A stretch of DNA of 48,290 nt from an uncultured Treponema sp. (GCA_905233535.1 CAJOEO010000001.1:16534-64823), one strand, 5' to 3'. Positions 8,647 through 18,982 are shown, counted from the stretch's first letter. The notes: generated by a model from the sequence alone, not told the origin. Program-made: numbers and translations.

Positions 8647-8741
8647 AAATATTCATCGAATTTAATTCATTTTCTATATAATTTTCACAAAAAATTCGAT
8701 TTCTTGAGAAATCTTTTCGTTTACATTATGTTTTAAGAAAC

Positions 8742-9383
8742 ATGATGAAACGATTGATTTTTATTATTCTTTCGGCGGTCGCGCTTTGTTCTTGCTCTCC
8801 AAAAGCGATTGTTAAAGCGTGTGCCGACGGTTCGCTTGACGTTTCTTTTAAGACAGGATTTTCTGACGCAACTGGCGCAACACTTAGAAGAATTGCGGGG
8901 ATTCCATCGGGCGCACCGATTTTTTCGCCAAACGACATGACTATGTTTCTTTTGGACGCAGGCGCGACGAACGTTTCCGCGACAACGCCCACGGCGCAAG
9001 AAGTCGAAGCAAACGGCAAAATCAAAGATTTGTCGCACAACGCTCTTGCGTCCACGGGGATTCTTTCGCGAAAAGCAAACGCCGTTACGCTGACGCTCGG
9101 ACCAAACCAAATCCGCACGCTCTACACGCTTTTGGACGACGAAACAAAATCGTATTTTGACATGATGATGATTCCCGCCCTGCTCGGCGAAACGCTTTCA
9201 AAAGACGAATACAGAATGATTTTGTCGGCGATGTACGGTCGCGCGTTTTCCGACGAACTAATCGACGGCGAAGTTCTTTTGGAACTTTCAAGCCCCGACG
9301 GAAAAAAAACGCAACGGATTTCAGAAAAATTAGGCGACATTTTGACACTCGAAAAAGAAAAATCTTGGACGCTTAATTTTTAA
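8742..9383 (+). CDS. Hypothetical lipoprotein
   Basis: MKRLIFIILSAVALCSC lipobox-type signal; 213-aa ORF. Confidence 0.75.
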   Translation: MMKRLIFIILSAVALCSCSPKAIVKACADGSLDVSFKTGFSDATGATLRRIAGIPSGAPIFSPNDMTMFLLDAGATNVSATTPTAQEVEANGKIKDLSHNALASTGILSRKANAVTLTLGPNQIRTLYTLLDDETKSYFDMMMIPALLGETLSKDEYRMILSAMYGRAFSDELIDGEVLLELSSPDGKKTQRISEKLGDILTLEKEKSWTLNF

Positions 9384-9395
9384 TCGAATCAAACG

Positions 9396-9436
9396 AAAAA
9401 AACGGTGGTTGAGCGCGTCAAAACCACCGTTTTTTT
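9396..9436. terminator. Bidirectional terminator built on REP copy 6
   Basis: AAAAAAACGGTGGTT-GAGCGCGTCAA-AACCACCGTTTTTTT between convergent genes. Confidence 0.85.
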
Positions 9437-9439
9437 TTC

Positions 9440-10627
9440 TCACAATTTTTTCGCAATTTCGTCCAAAATCCGCGAAGCGACTTGGATTTTTGGCAAAATC
9501 GGAAGTTCAATTTCAAAATCCGCGCCAATCAACGTTACGACGTTCGATTCTGTGCCGAACCCCGCGCCTTGCGTGCGAAGATTGTTCGCCACGATTAAAT
9601 CGAGATTCTTTTTTTGTAATTTTTTTCGCGAGTTTTCAAGCAAATTTTGCGTTTCCATCGAAAATCCGCACAAAATTTGATTTTTTTTGTGTTCTCCAAG
9701 CCACGCCAAAATGTCGTCCGTGCGTTCCAAATCGATTTTTGAATTCTCACCGCTTTTTTTGATTTTTTCCGAAGCGACTTCAATCGGGCGAAAATCCGCG
9801 ACGGCGGCGGCTTTTATCACAACGTCGGCGTTTTCCGCTTCCGAGCGAATCACGTCGAACATTTGCCGCGCACTTTCCACGCCCACAAATCGAACGAACG
9901 GCGGAACTTCAAGCGCGACTGGACCTGAAACGAGCGTAACGTCCGCGCCACGCGCGCTTGCGACTTTTGCAATCGCGTAGCCCATTTTTCCAGTCGAACG
10001 ATTAGAAATAAATCGAACTGGGTCAATCGCTTCGCGCGTTGGACCTGCGCTAACAACTATTTTCTTTCCAAGAAAATCTTTTTTGTACGCGATTTTTTGA
10101 AAAATCGAATCGAAAATCTGAGACGGCGACGGCAATTTTCCGCGCCCCGTGTCGCCACAAGCGAGTCTACCTTCCGCGCTTTCTTCCACTTGAATTCCAA
10201 ACGAACGACACGTTTCAATGTTCGCTTGCGTAACGGGATTCAAAAGCATTTGCGTGTTCATCGCGGGAAAAACGATTTTTGGACACGCGGCCGCCAAAAA
10301 CGTCGTTGAAAGCATATCGTCGGCAATTCCGTTAGCCGCTTTTGCAAGAAAATTCGCGCTGGCTGGAGCAACCACAAAACAATCCGCCTTTTTTGCAAGC
10401 GAAACGTGTGCCACGTTAAATTGAAAATTCCTGTCGAACGTGTCCACTAAACATTTGTTTCCAGTCAACGTTTCAAACGCTATTGGATTTATAATGTTAG
10501 TAGCATTTTTTGTCATAATAACATGAACGATTGCACCATTTTTTACTAATAAACTCGCAACATCTGCCGCTTTATATGCGGCAATACTTCCAGTAACACC
10601 TAAAATAATAGTTTTATCTTTTAACAT
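9440..10627 (-). CDS. coaBC: Bifunctional phosphopantothenoylcysteine decarboxylase/synthetase
   Basis: LGVTGSIAAYKA, PAMN, LACGDTGRGKL, GPTREAIDPVRFISNRSTGKMG, AAAVADF; start moved to MLKDK. Confidence 0.95.
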   Translation of the reverse strand: MLKDKTIILGVTGSIAAYKAADVASLLVKNGAIVHVIMTKNATNIINPIAFETLTGNKCLVDTFDRNFQFNVAHVSLAKKADCFVVAPASANFLAKAANGIADDMLSTTFLAAACPKIVFPAMNTQMLLNPVTQANIETCRSFGIQVEESAEGRLACGDTGRGKLPSPSQIFDSIFQKIAYKKDFLGKKIVVSAGPTREAIDPVRFISNRSTGKMGYAIAKVASARGADVTLVSGPVALEVPPFVRFVGVESARQMFDVIRSEAENADVVIKAAAVADFRPIEVASEKIKKSGENSKIDLERTDDILAWLGEHKKNQILCGFSMETQNLLENSRKKLQKKNLDLIVANNLRTQGAGFGTESNVVTLIGADFEIELPILPKIQVASRILDEIAKKL

Positions 10628-10684
10628 AAAAAAGATTTTATAAAATCCACTGATTTTCGTGAAGATTTTTACTATAATTTTTGC

Positions 10685-10891
10685 ATGGAAAACCAAATCG
10701 AATCGCGCTTTATCGCGTTAGAAACGAAACTCGCGTATTTGGAAGATTTTACGCAGAAATTGCAAGAAGTCGTTTTGGAAAATCAAAAAATGCTCGACGT
10801 TTTGCGCCAAGAAAATCGGATTTTGTCGGAAAGAATCAAAGATTTGTCGGAAAATCAAGAAATTCCAAATCGTCGTCCTCCGCATTATTGA
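10685..10891 (+). CDS. slyX: SlyX family protein
   Basis: LETKLAYLE coiled coil, C-terminal PPHY. Confidence 0.9.
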   Translation: MENQIESRFIALETKLAYLEDFTQKLQEVVLENQKMLDVLRQENRILSERIKDLSENQEIPNRRPPHY

Positions 10892-10930
10892 AATTTTCAA
10901 AACGAAGAAAATCGAAAAATCAAGGAAAAT

Positions 10931-11785
10931 ATGAAAGAATCAACAAAATACAAGCAGACACACAAAGCAGATTTTGGACGAGAACGAATCCGCGTGATTT
11001 TTATGGACGAATGGCTTTGCGTAATCGAAAAACCGTCTGGAATGTTGTCTTGCGCGTACCCTGGAAGCCGCTCAAGAACGGCGCAAGACGCGCTAGAATC
11101 GATTTTGCGTTCAAAAGGCGAATTGTCGTCGCGGCGAAAACCGCTCGTCGTTCATCGACTTGACCGCGACACAAGCGGAATTATGATGTTCGCTCTGACG
11201 GAAAGCGCACAACAAAAAATCATGGCGACTTGGCACAAAATGGTTACGGGGCGACTTTATCGGGCGGTGGCGGAAAATCCGCGCAACAAAAACGATTTTT
11301 TGCCAGACAACGGAATCATTGACGAGCCAATCGCGCTAAATGCGCACAAAGTCGGATTCGTTCCAAAAGACGCTTCAAAAATCAAAACGTTTAGCGCGAG
11401 AACGCATTTTTGCGTAATTGAACGCGGAAAATCGCACACGCTTTTTGAATTGGAACTCGACACGGGGCGAAAAAATCAAATCCGCGCACACCTTGCTTTT
11501 CACGGCTATCCAATCGCAGGCGACGAAGAACATCGCGCAAAAACGGATTTTTTTCATCGGCTTTGTCTTCACGCCCGCACGCTTTCGTTTGTTCACCCGT
11601 TTACTGGCGAAGAACTTTCGTTTTGCGAAGAAGAACCAAAAGAATGGCGCGAATACGTTATTCGTGGCGACGAAAACGCGCAAAAAGCAATTTGGGCAAT
11701 CGAACGCAAAAAAAAGCAACAACCGCTTGTTTTGGGCGAAAAACGAATTTCTGCAAAAGACCGCGCCCACGGAAAATTTTTCTAA
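10931..11785 (+). CDS. RluA-family RNA pseudouridine synthase
   Basis: KPSGM, VHRLDRDTSG, TGRKNQIRAH, PIAGD, LCLHA. Confidence 0.93.
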   Translation: MKESTKYKQTHKADFGRERIRVIFMDEWLCVIEKPSGMLSCAYPGSRSRTAQDALESILRSKGELSSRRKPLVVHRLDRDTSGIMMFALTESAQQKIMATWHKMVTGRLYRAVAENPRNKNDFLPDNGIIDEPIALNAHKVGFVPKDASKIKTFSARTHFCVIERGKSHTLFELELDTGRKNQIRAHLAFHGYPIAGDEEHRAKTDFFHRLCLHARTLSFVHPFTGEELSFCEEEPKEWREYVIRGDENAQKAIWAIERKKKQQPLVLGEKRISAKDRAHGKFF

Positions 11786-11840
11786 AATTTTCACGGAGAT
11801 TTTGATTTTCAAAATTCCGTCAGATTTTAAAATTTAAAAA

Positions 11841-13319
11841 TCAGCGTAAAGTCGAAATTTTTTGAATCAAATCGAATGGGGTCATCGAAAAATCACATTC
11901 GATTTGTTGGCTTAAAAGCGCGTGCGCCAAAGACGCGCTTGCCGCCGCGTCCAAGCATTTGTATTTTTGAGCCAAAAGCGCGACAATCAAGCCCGAAAGA
12001 ACGTCGCCCGAACCGCCTTTTGCGAGGCACGGTCGCCCCAACGGATTAACGTACAAATTGAATTTTCGTCCGTCGAATTGTCCAATCATTGGATTCGCGC
12101 CTTTTACAAGAAGCGTGGATTTTGGAAATTGTCTGCAAAATTTTTCGATTAATTCAGGGCGACGTTTTACGCAAACGGAAACAGAATATTCGCCGAGTTC
12201 GCAGATTTTCAAAAGATTTTGGAATTCTTTTGGGTGCGGAGTCAAAACGACTTTTCGCGAACGAGTTTTCAAAAAATCAAAAATGAGCGGAGAAAAAAAA
12301 GCGTCCGCGTCCAAAATGCACGGAATTTCTGGATTTTTTTTCAAAAAATCGAACCAGGCAGAAAAAACGTCGTCGGAATTTCGTCCCGTTCCCATTCCAA
12401 GCGCGACCGCCGTTGTGTTTTCTGGGATTTGAAACGTCGTCATAATTTCGTTTGGAACTGCGCCAAAATCCGCCGTTTTTGAAAAATCCACGAGTGAAAC
12501 CAAACCCGCGCCAAATCTAAAAGCCGCTTGCGCAGAAATTATCGCCGCGCCTTTTTTTTCGCCAAACGAAATTGCGGCGTGTCCAAAAGTTCCTTTGTTT
12601 ACGCAAAATTTCGTTCGATTCGGAAGAATCATGTCGCTTTTTTCCAAAAGAGACGCGACGTTTAGCGGAAAATTGGAAGAATTTTCGTAAAGCCGACGAG
12701 CAACGCCGAGGTCTGCACAAACGATTTCGCCAACAAAATCTTTCGTTAAATCGTGGAAAAGCGACAATTTTAACGCGCCCATCGTTACGGTCAAATTCGC
12801 TCTAAAAGAACCAACGCTTACGTTTCCGTCGCTGTCGATTCCGCTTGGAACGTCGCACGCAATTCTGTACGCGCTAACGTCGTTTGCGTCGGAAAGAAGA
12901 ATCTGGATTTTTTCGTCCAACTCACCGTGAAATCCCGTTCCAAAAATACAATCGACGATTACGCCCGCGCTTTCCACAAATTCAAGCGTAAAATCTTCGA
13001 GTTCAAAAAAAACAGTTCCACATTTTTCTGCTCTCGCCGCTTGCAAAATGCAAAGTTCGCTTTTTGGAGCAGCGCATTGAAAAACAACAACGTTGCATTT
13101 TAAGCGCAATCTGCGAGCGAGCGCGTAGCCGTCTGCGCCGTTATTTCCCGCTCCACAAAATATAAGAACACGATTTTTTACGCCTTCAAATTGAACGTGA
13201 GAAAGAACCGCCGATTCAAGAGCAGTCGCGGCATTTTCCATCATCAATTCTTCAGAAAGACCATAAGAGGCACGACAAGATTCATCGAGTTTTCGCGTAT
13301 CAAAAAACAAATTTTGCAT
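11841..13319 (-). CDS. nnr: Bifunctional NAD(P)HX epimerase/dehydratase (YjeF)
   Basis: LMMENAA, CGAGNNGADG, DCIFGTG, DVPSG, LDADA, TPHPKEF, GGSGDVLSG. Confidence 0.93.
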   Translation of the reverse strand: MQNLFFDTRKLDESCRASYGLSEELMMENAATALESAVLSHVQFEGVKNRVLIFCGAGNNGADGYALARRLRLKCNVVVFQCAAPKSELCILQAARAEKCGTVFFELEDFTLEFVESAGVIVDCIFGTGFHGELDEKIQILLSDANDVSAYRIACDVPSGIDSDGNVSVGSFRANLTVTMGALKLSLFHDLTKDFVGEIVCADLGVARRLYENSSNFPLNVASLLEKSDMILPNRTKFCVNKGTFGHAAISFGEKKGAAIISAQAAFRFGAGLVSLVDFSKTADFGAVPNEIMTTFQIPENTTAVALGMGTGRNSDDVFSAWFDFLKKNPEIPCILDADAFFSPLIFDFLKTRSRKVVLTPHPKEFQNLLKICELGEYSVSVCVKRRPELIEKFCRQFPKSTLLVKGANPMIGQFDGRKFNLYVNPLGRPCLAKGGSGDVLSGLIVALLAQKYKCLDAAASASLAHALLSQQIECDFSMTPFDLIQKISTLR

Positions 13320-13474
13320 ATCGACATTCTAAGGTATAAATGCAGAAAAATGGAATTTTTTTATGGAAAATAAACATTGCACAATGACTAATAAAACACA
13401 AGTCGCATAATTTTGAATGGTTTAATTCAATAAAATGAATTAAAATCATTTAATCCCAAATAATTGGAGTAAAT

Positions 13475-15577
13475 ATGAAATCAAAAAAAAGGCACGTTTC
13501 TTTATTCTTTCAAGTTTTAATGGAAGCGATAATTCCTGTTGTTTTTTGTTCGATTTTTTTGTGCGGAATGTCTGCGTTTCTTGTCAACAATCTAATTCAA
13601 AAAACTGTAAACGCGCAAGTTGATTTGGCGATAAAACTTTTGAGTACGCAAATCGAATCGATTTTTAATCCGTTTATCGATAGGCTCGATTCTTTCGCGC
13701 TTACCGTGGAAGCGGGCGCAGACAAAGATACGTTGAATGCAATTCTTCATAGACAGTACAGCATTTATGATATAAAAAATTCGTCGTATTATGCAACAAA
13801 AATTTCTCGATTTGAAGAAGGTGGTTTTTACCTTGATTCTGACGACTGGATTCCCGAAGACGATTGGAATCCGACAAAACGCGATTGGTGGAAAAGCGCG
13901 GAAAAAGCAGGTGGCAAAGTTGCCATAAGCGAACCTTATGTTGACGCAATGAAAAACACGCTTTGCATTACTCTGTCCCGCGCGGTTTATTCAAACGGCA
14001 AAATTATTGGCGTTGCAGCTGTTGATATTTATTTGAGTAAACTTTCAGAAACAGTCGCGCAAATAAAAGTTTCTAAAAACGGAAGTATGCAACTCGTCGA
14101 TAAAAACGGATTTTACTTGACAAACGAAGATTCTTCAAAAATTTTAAGTAAAAGTTATTTCGACGAAAATAAATCTTTTTTTTCAAAATATTCGCCAAAA
14201 GATTTTTTTTACGGAAACGAAAACGTAATTATTTCTGGAAAAAATTATTACGGCGTGAATTCTTTGGCAACGCTCCCCTGGAATATTGTGGCGGACGGTC
14301 CAATTTCTGATTTTATTTCTAGTTTTATTCCGTCAATCATAAAATCGCTCGTTATTCTTTTTGCTTTGCTTCTTACATTTATTGCAACAATTATATTTTT
14401 TGTGCGAAAAACCACAAAAGTATTTCAAAAACTTTCTACGGATTGTAAACGAATTGCTTTGGGCGATTTTACAATGGAATTTGAAGACGCAATAACAATC
14501 GAGGCTTCGCGCCTTGCGCACGATTTTGAAAGTTTGTCCGCAAACATTAGCGCGCTCGTCAGAAAAATTTTGGGCGCGGCTGCGGACATTTCAAACGTTT
14601 CCACGGAACTTACGCAAACATCAAAAAATATTTCAGCTTCCGTTGGCGAAACCGAGCGTTCAATTTCTATGATGGGCGATAGCATTTCAAGCCAAAGTAG
14701 CGCGGTTTCGTCGGTGGAACGTTCTGTAAAAATGATTGGCGGCGAAATCGACGTTCTTTCTAGCGAAATTTCAGCGCAAAACGATTTGCTTTCTTCGTCG
14801 TCTGGAACGATTGAAGCGATGGTTAAGAATTTTATGGACATTTCAAAAAGCATGGCGGCGATTTCGTCGTCGGTTGAAGATTTTGTTTCCGCGACGAAAA
14901 AAAGCACGAACGCATTAAAAGAATCCGTTTCGCAGATTCAAACCGTAAAGGCTCAATCGGGAACGCTTCTTGAAATGAACGCGGTAATTTCTTCCGTGGC
15001 GAGTCAAACGAATCTTCTTGCGATGAACGCGGCGATTGAAGCGGCGCACGCAGGCGACGCGGGCAAAGGTTTTGCGGTTGTTTCGGACGAAATCAGAAAA
15101 CTCGCGGAAACCACGTCGGCGCAGGCAAAAAGTTCAAGCGACGCTCTCAAAAAGATTCAAAATGAAATCAATGAAATCTCAAATTCGTCGGAAGCGGTGG
15201 AATCTTCGTTTGTGAGCAACATCGAGCGGATTCAATATATCGCGTCCGTTGTAAAGCAACTCGACAACACGATTACGGGAGAAAGTCAAAACGCCACAAA
15301 CGTTCTTTCTGCGCTGAGCGAAATAAAAGACAGCGCGGAAAAAGTCAACGAAAGCGCGTCGGTTCTTTCTAAAACGATGAACGACATGGCGTTTTCGTGC
15401 AGAAATCTTTCGGATGCGGGAAACACCGTTTCGAGTGCAACCGAAGAATGTTTGATGGCTTCGCGCGCTCTTTCGGATACGTCTGGAGAAATCGCGTCCG
15501 TGGCGGAATCTTCAACGCAATCCGTAAATAGACTTTCGCAGGCGGTAAGTTCGTTTAAAGTCCGCGAAAGCGAATAG
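13475..15577 (+). CDS. Methyl-accepting chemotaxis protein with dCache sensor and HAMP domain
   Basis: Two TM helices; PTKRDWW...SEPYVD Cache motif; [35 protein letters not shown] signalling tip. Confidence 0.95.
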   Translation: MKSKKRHVSLFFQVLMEAIIPVVFCSIFLCGMSAFLVNNLIQKTVNAQVDLAIKLLSTQIESIFNPFIDRLDSFALTVEAGADKDTLNAILHRQYSIYDIKNSSYYATKISRFEEGGFYLDSDDWIPEDDWNPTKRDWWKSAEKAGGKVAISEPYVDAMKNTLCITLSRAVYSNGKIIGVAAVDIYLSKLSETVAQIKVSKNGSMQLVDKNGFYLTNEDSSKILSKSYFDENKSFFSKYSPKDFFYGNENVIISGKNYYGVNSLATLPWNIVADGPISDFISSFIPSIIKSLVILFALLLTFIATIIFFVRKTTKVFQKLSTDCKRIALGDFTMEFEDAITIEASRLAHDFESLSANISALVRKILGAAADISNVSTELTQTSKNISASVGETERSISMMGDSISSQSSAVSSVERSVKMIGGEIDVLSSEISAQNDLLSSSSGTIEAMVKNFMDISKSMAAISSSVEDFVSATKKSTNALKESVSQIQTVKAQSGTLLEMNAVISSVASQTNLLAMNAAIEAAHAGDAGKGFAVVSDEIRKLAETTSAQAKSSSDALKKIQNEINEISNSSEAVESSFVSNIERIQYIASVVKQLDNTITGESQNATNVLSALSEIKDSAEKVNESASVLSKTMNDMAFSCRNLSDAGNTVSSATEECLMASRALSDTSGEIASVAESSTQSVNRLSQAVSSFKVRESE

Positions 15578-15666
15578 AAAAATTCAAAATGTCGATTTTG
15601 TGTTTTGGTTTTCTTCAATTCCGTGATAAAATCGACTTGTTTCAATCAATTTTTTTAGAGGTATTT

Positions 15667-17229
15667 ATGAGCAAAATTGCAATCAGGATAAACGAGGCTG
15701 ATGTTGTTGCCGTCGCGCTCCAGCCGCTTTCAAAAGGCACTTCCGTTACGCTTGAGGCGATGGACGATGTTCCTGAAGTTACCGTTACTTTGCAGGAAGA
15801 CATTACGGCGGGACATAAATTTGCTATACGCGACATTAAAAAAGGCGAAAGCGTCATCAAATACGGCTACCCGATTGGTTCGGCGACCGAAGATATTTCC
15901 GCAGGAAAACACGTTCACACGCACAATATTCACACTCTTCTTTCTGGCGAATTAGAGTATACTTACGACGAGGCAAAAGCGAAAGCCGCGTATGATGCCT
16001 GGTACAAAGACACGGAAAAACTCCGCGCGAATGTTCCTTCGGTGAATGTGTACAAGCGTGCGGACGGGCGCGTCGGAAGTCGCAACGAAGTTTGGATTAT
16101 TCCGCTTGTCGGCTGCGTAAACCGCATTTCTGAAAAACTTGCGATGTGGGCAAACGCAAAATTCTGCGACGGCGACCCAAAGCCTCTTCAAAAAGGCGGG
16201 CTTGAAGGATTTTTCACTTGGACGCACCCGTACGGCTGTTCGCAAATGGGTGGCGACAAAGAAACAACGGCGAAAATCTTGGCGGATTTGGTTCATCACC
16301 CGAACGCAGGCGGCGTTCTTGTGGTTTCGCTTGGCTGCGAGGAAAACAACATTCCGTATTTCAAGGAATTTTTGGGCGAATACGACGAAAATCGCGTGAA
16401 GTTTATGATTACGCAGAATTTCGAGGACGAACTCGAAGAAGGAAAAAAACTCCTCACAGAACTTGCCGAATTTGCTAGCAAATTCAAGCGGGAAGAAGCA
16501 CCGCTCACGGACATCGTTCTTGGAATGAAATGCGGCGGCTCTGACGGAATGAGCGGAATCACGGCGAACGCGCTAATCGGCAGAATCTGCGACGCGATGA
16601 CGGGAATGGGCGGGCGCGTTATGCTCACGGAAGTTCCCGAAATGTTCGGCGCGGAGCAGATGCTGATGAATCGCTGCGTGGACAAAAATCGATTCGACAA
16701 AACGGTGAATCTCATCAACGGATTCAAAGGCTACTATGCGCGGCACAATCAGGTTTGCTACGAAAATCCAAGTCCCGGAAACAAAGCGGGCGGAATCACC
16801 ACGCTTGAAGACAAATCGCTCGGTTGCGTGCAGAAAGGCGGAAAAGCCCCAGTTACTGGCGTTCTAAAATACGGCGAACGCTTGACTGAAAAGGGTTTGA
16901 CGCTTCTTGAAGGACCTGGCAACGACATTGTTTCCACCACGGATATGACGGCGGCGGGCGCGAACATCATTTTGTTTTCAACGGGACGCGGAACTCCGCT
17001 CGGTGCGCCAGTTCCCACGGTGAAAATCGCGACAAATCACCCGCTTGCAAAAAATAAGCACGGCTGGATTGATTTTGACGCGGCGGATTTGCTTGACGAG
17101 CCGAGCGACCGCGTGCGAGACAGGCTTCTTCAGTTAATTATTGACACGGTTTCGGGGCGCGCTGTTACAAAAAACGAAAAGAACGGCTACCGCGAAATTG
17201 CGATTTTCAAAGACGGCGTAACGCTTTGA
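15667..17229 (+). CDS. uxaA: Altronate dehydratase (UxaA family)
   Basis: SAF domain GHKFA...KYGYPIG...HVHTHN; HPYGCSQ, KCGGSDG, NPSPGNKAGG; start MSKIAI after SD GAGG. Confidence 0.92.
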   Translation: MSKIAIRINEADVVAVALQPLSKGTSVTLEAMDDVPEVTVTLQEDITAGHKFAIRDIKKGESVIKYGYPIGSATEDISAGKHVHTHNIHTLLSGELEYTYDEAKAKAAYDAWYKDTEKLRANVPSVNVYKRADGRVGSRNEVWIIPLVGCVNRISEKLAMWANAKFCDGDPKPLQKGGLEGFFTWTHPYGCSQMGGDKETTAKILADLVHHPNAGGVLVVSLGCEENNIPYFKEFLGEYDENRVKFMITQNFEDELEEGKKLLTELAEFASKFKREEAPLTDIVLGMKCGGSDGMSGITANALIGRICDAMTGMGGRVMLTEVPEMFGAEQMLMNRCVDKNRFDKTVNLINGFKGYYARHNQVCYENPSPGNKAGGITTLEDKSLGCVQKGGKAPVTGVLKYGERLTEKGLTLLEGPGNDIVSTTDMTAAGANIILFSTGRGTPLGAPVPTVKIATNHPLAKNKHGWIDFDAADLLDEPSDRVRDRLLQLIIDTVSGRAVTKNEKNGYREIAIFKDGVTL

Positions 17230-17247
17230 TGAATTGCAAAAACGCCT

Positions 17248-17288
17248 AAAAAACGCCGACTTTCTTTTTGCGGAAAGTCGGCGTTTTT
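17248..17288. terminator. Bidirectional intrinsic terminator between uxaA and pheS
   Basis: AAAAACGCCGACTTTC...GAAAGTCGGCGTTTTT. Confidence 0.9.
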
Positions 17289-17317
17289 GTTTCAAAAATT
17301 CAAAACGAAAAATCGAT

Positions 17318-18874
17318 TTAGAACTTCGCTGTTCTTTTTCTGACTTCTTCGATGTTTTCGCTGAAAAGCTCGCGCAAATCGTTCAAGCCCAACGCCATCA
17401 ACGCCATTCGGTCGATTCCGATTCCCCAAGCGGCAACTGGAACATCTACGCCCATCGCTTTTGTAACTTCGGGACGGAAAATGCCCGAGCCGCCAAGTTC
17501 AAACCAGCCGAGAACGGGGTGCTTGATGTGAACTTCAACGCTAGGCTCGGTGAACGGAAAATAGCCAGGCACATATTTGACTTCCGTCGCGCCTGCAACT
17601 TCCTTTGCAAACATTTCCAAAAATCCAAGAAGAGTCCGCAAATTCACATTTTCGCCCAAAACGATTCCTTCCGTTTGGTAAAAGTCCGAAAGATGCGTAG
17701 CGTCAACTTTGTCGTAGCGGAAACAGCGCGCAATTCCAAAGTATTTTCCAGGAATCTGCGCCGTGTGAAGTTGGTGCGCCGACAAAACCGTTCCTTGTGA
17801 GCGAAGAACTAGCCGACGAGTAAATTCGTTGTCGAATTCGTAATTCCAACCACGGCTTCCCGTGTTGCCGCCGTTTCGGTGCGCCGCCGCAATGTTTGAA
17901 AGCCACGGCTCTTCGATTGATTTTGCGTGCGTCGGATTTTTGATTCTGTAAACATCGTGAATGTCGCGAGCCGCGTGGAATTGCGGCATAAAAAGCGCGT
18001 CGCCGTTCCAAAATTCCGTTTCCACAAGCGGTCCGTCGAATTCCTGAAAACCAAGCGAGCAGAGTTTGTCTTTTACGCTTTCCAAAAACTGAACATACGG
18101 ATTCGTGCGCCCAGGAATAATTCGCGCGGGCGGAACTGCGATGTTATACGCGCGGAACGTGCCTTTTTTCCACTCACCCGAAGAAAGCATTTTCGGCGTA
18201 ACTTCGCCGAGTTCGTTTCCTGTGATTCCTGCGTTTTTAAGCGCGTCCACAACTTCCTTAAAATGCTCTGAAAGTTTATAGAGAACGGTCTCCCGCTCCA
18301 AAATCTTAAACGGAGAATCCGCCGCGCCGCGTTTTTTTGCGTAAGGCGCAATCGCTTTTTTTTCGTCGTCGGAAAGAGAAGCCGCATCCAACTGCCCCGC
18401 TTCCATAGCCGCGGCTTTTTTCAAAAGTTCGCGCAAAGTCAAAATTCGCGGAGAAAGATTTTCGTTAGCGACCTCCGCTTTTTTTTGCGCGTTCATTTTG
18501 AGAATGCCCTCTTTTGAAAGTTGCCCGAACGCACTTCCAACGTCTTTTTGAGCAAGCCCCGTTCCCTGCGCAATTTCTGGCAAAGTCGATTCGCCGTTTT
18601 TCTTCAAAAAATCAACGATTTTTTCGTCAGGAATTCCGCTTTCCGCCCAACTTCGCCCCGTTTCCGTGATTTCGTAAAACGTATGAGGAAGTCGATTTAC
18701 CTCAGAAAGCAATTTCTTTCCGCTAAGCCAAGAAAACGCTTGATTTGAATGCCCCGTCGAATAAGAGAGTTCTTTGGAAAGTTTTTCCGCAGAAAGTTCG
18801 TCGTTTTGGTTGTATTTTAGAAGAACCTTGATTTCTAGCGGGTGCAGATTTTTGATTATGCTCGCAATGTCCAT
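17318..18874 (-). CDS. pheS: Phenylalanine--tRNA ligase alpha subunit, long archaeal/eukaryote type
   Basis: FWNGDALFMPQFHAARD, DATHLSDFYQTEG, YFPFTEPSVE, ELGGSGIFRPE; long N-terminal extension; start MDIAS after GGAG. Confidence 0.95.
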   Translation of the reverse strand: MDIASIIKNLHPLEIKVLLKYNQNDELSAEKLSKELSYSTGHSNQAFSWLSGKKLLSEVNRLPHTFYEITETGRSWAESGIPDEKIVDFLKKNGESTLPEIAQGTGLAQKDVGSAFGQLSKEGILKMNAQKKAEVANENLSPRILTLRELLKKAAAMEAGQLDAASLSDDEKKAIAPYAKKRGAADSPFKILERETVLYKLSEHFKEVVDALKNAGITGNELGEVTPKMLSSGEWKKGTFRAYNIAVPPARIIPGRTNPYVQFLESVKDKLCSLGFQEFDGPLVETEFWNGDALFMPQFHAARDIHDVYRIKNPTHAKSIEEPWLSNIAAAHRNGGNTGSRGWNYEFDNEFTRRLVLRSQGTVLSAHQLHTAQIPGKYFGIARCFRYDKVDATHLSDFYQTEGIVLGENVNLRTLLGFLEMFAKEVAGATEVKYVPGYFPFTEPSVEVHIKHPVLGWFELGGSGIFRPEVTKAMGVDVPVAAWGIGIDRMALMALGLNDLRELFSENIEEVRKRTAKF

Positions 18875-18911
18875 TTGTTCAACTCCGTGATTTTTATTTT
18901 TAAAATGCTCA

Positions 18912-18957
18912 TAAACATTTTGAGCCGACCCCCAACGAGGTCGGCCCAAAATGTTTA
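18912..18957 (-). other. Long intercistronic stem-loop upstream of pheS
   Basis: TAAACATTTTG(A)GCCGACC...GGTCGGC(C)CAAAATGTTTA; the single mismatch is a G-U pair on the minus transcript. Confidence 0.65.
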
Positions 18958-18982
18958 CAAAAGACGCATTTTCACGTCGGGC

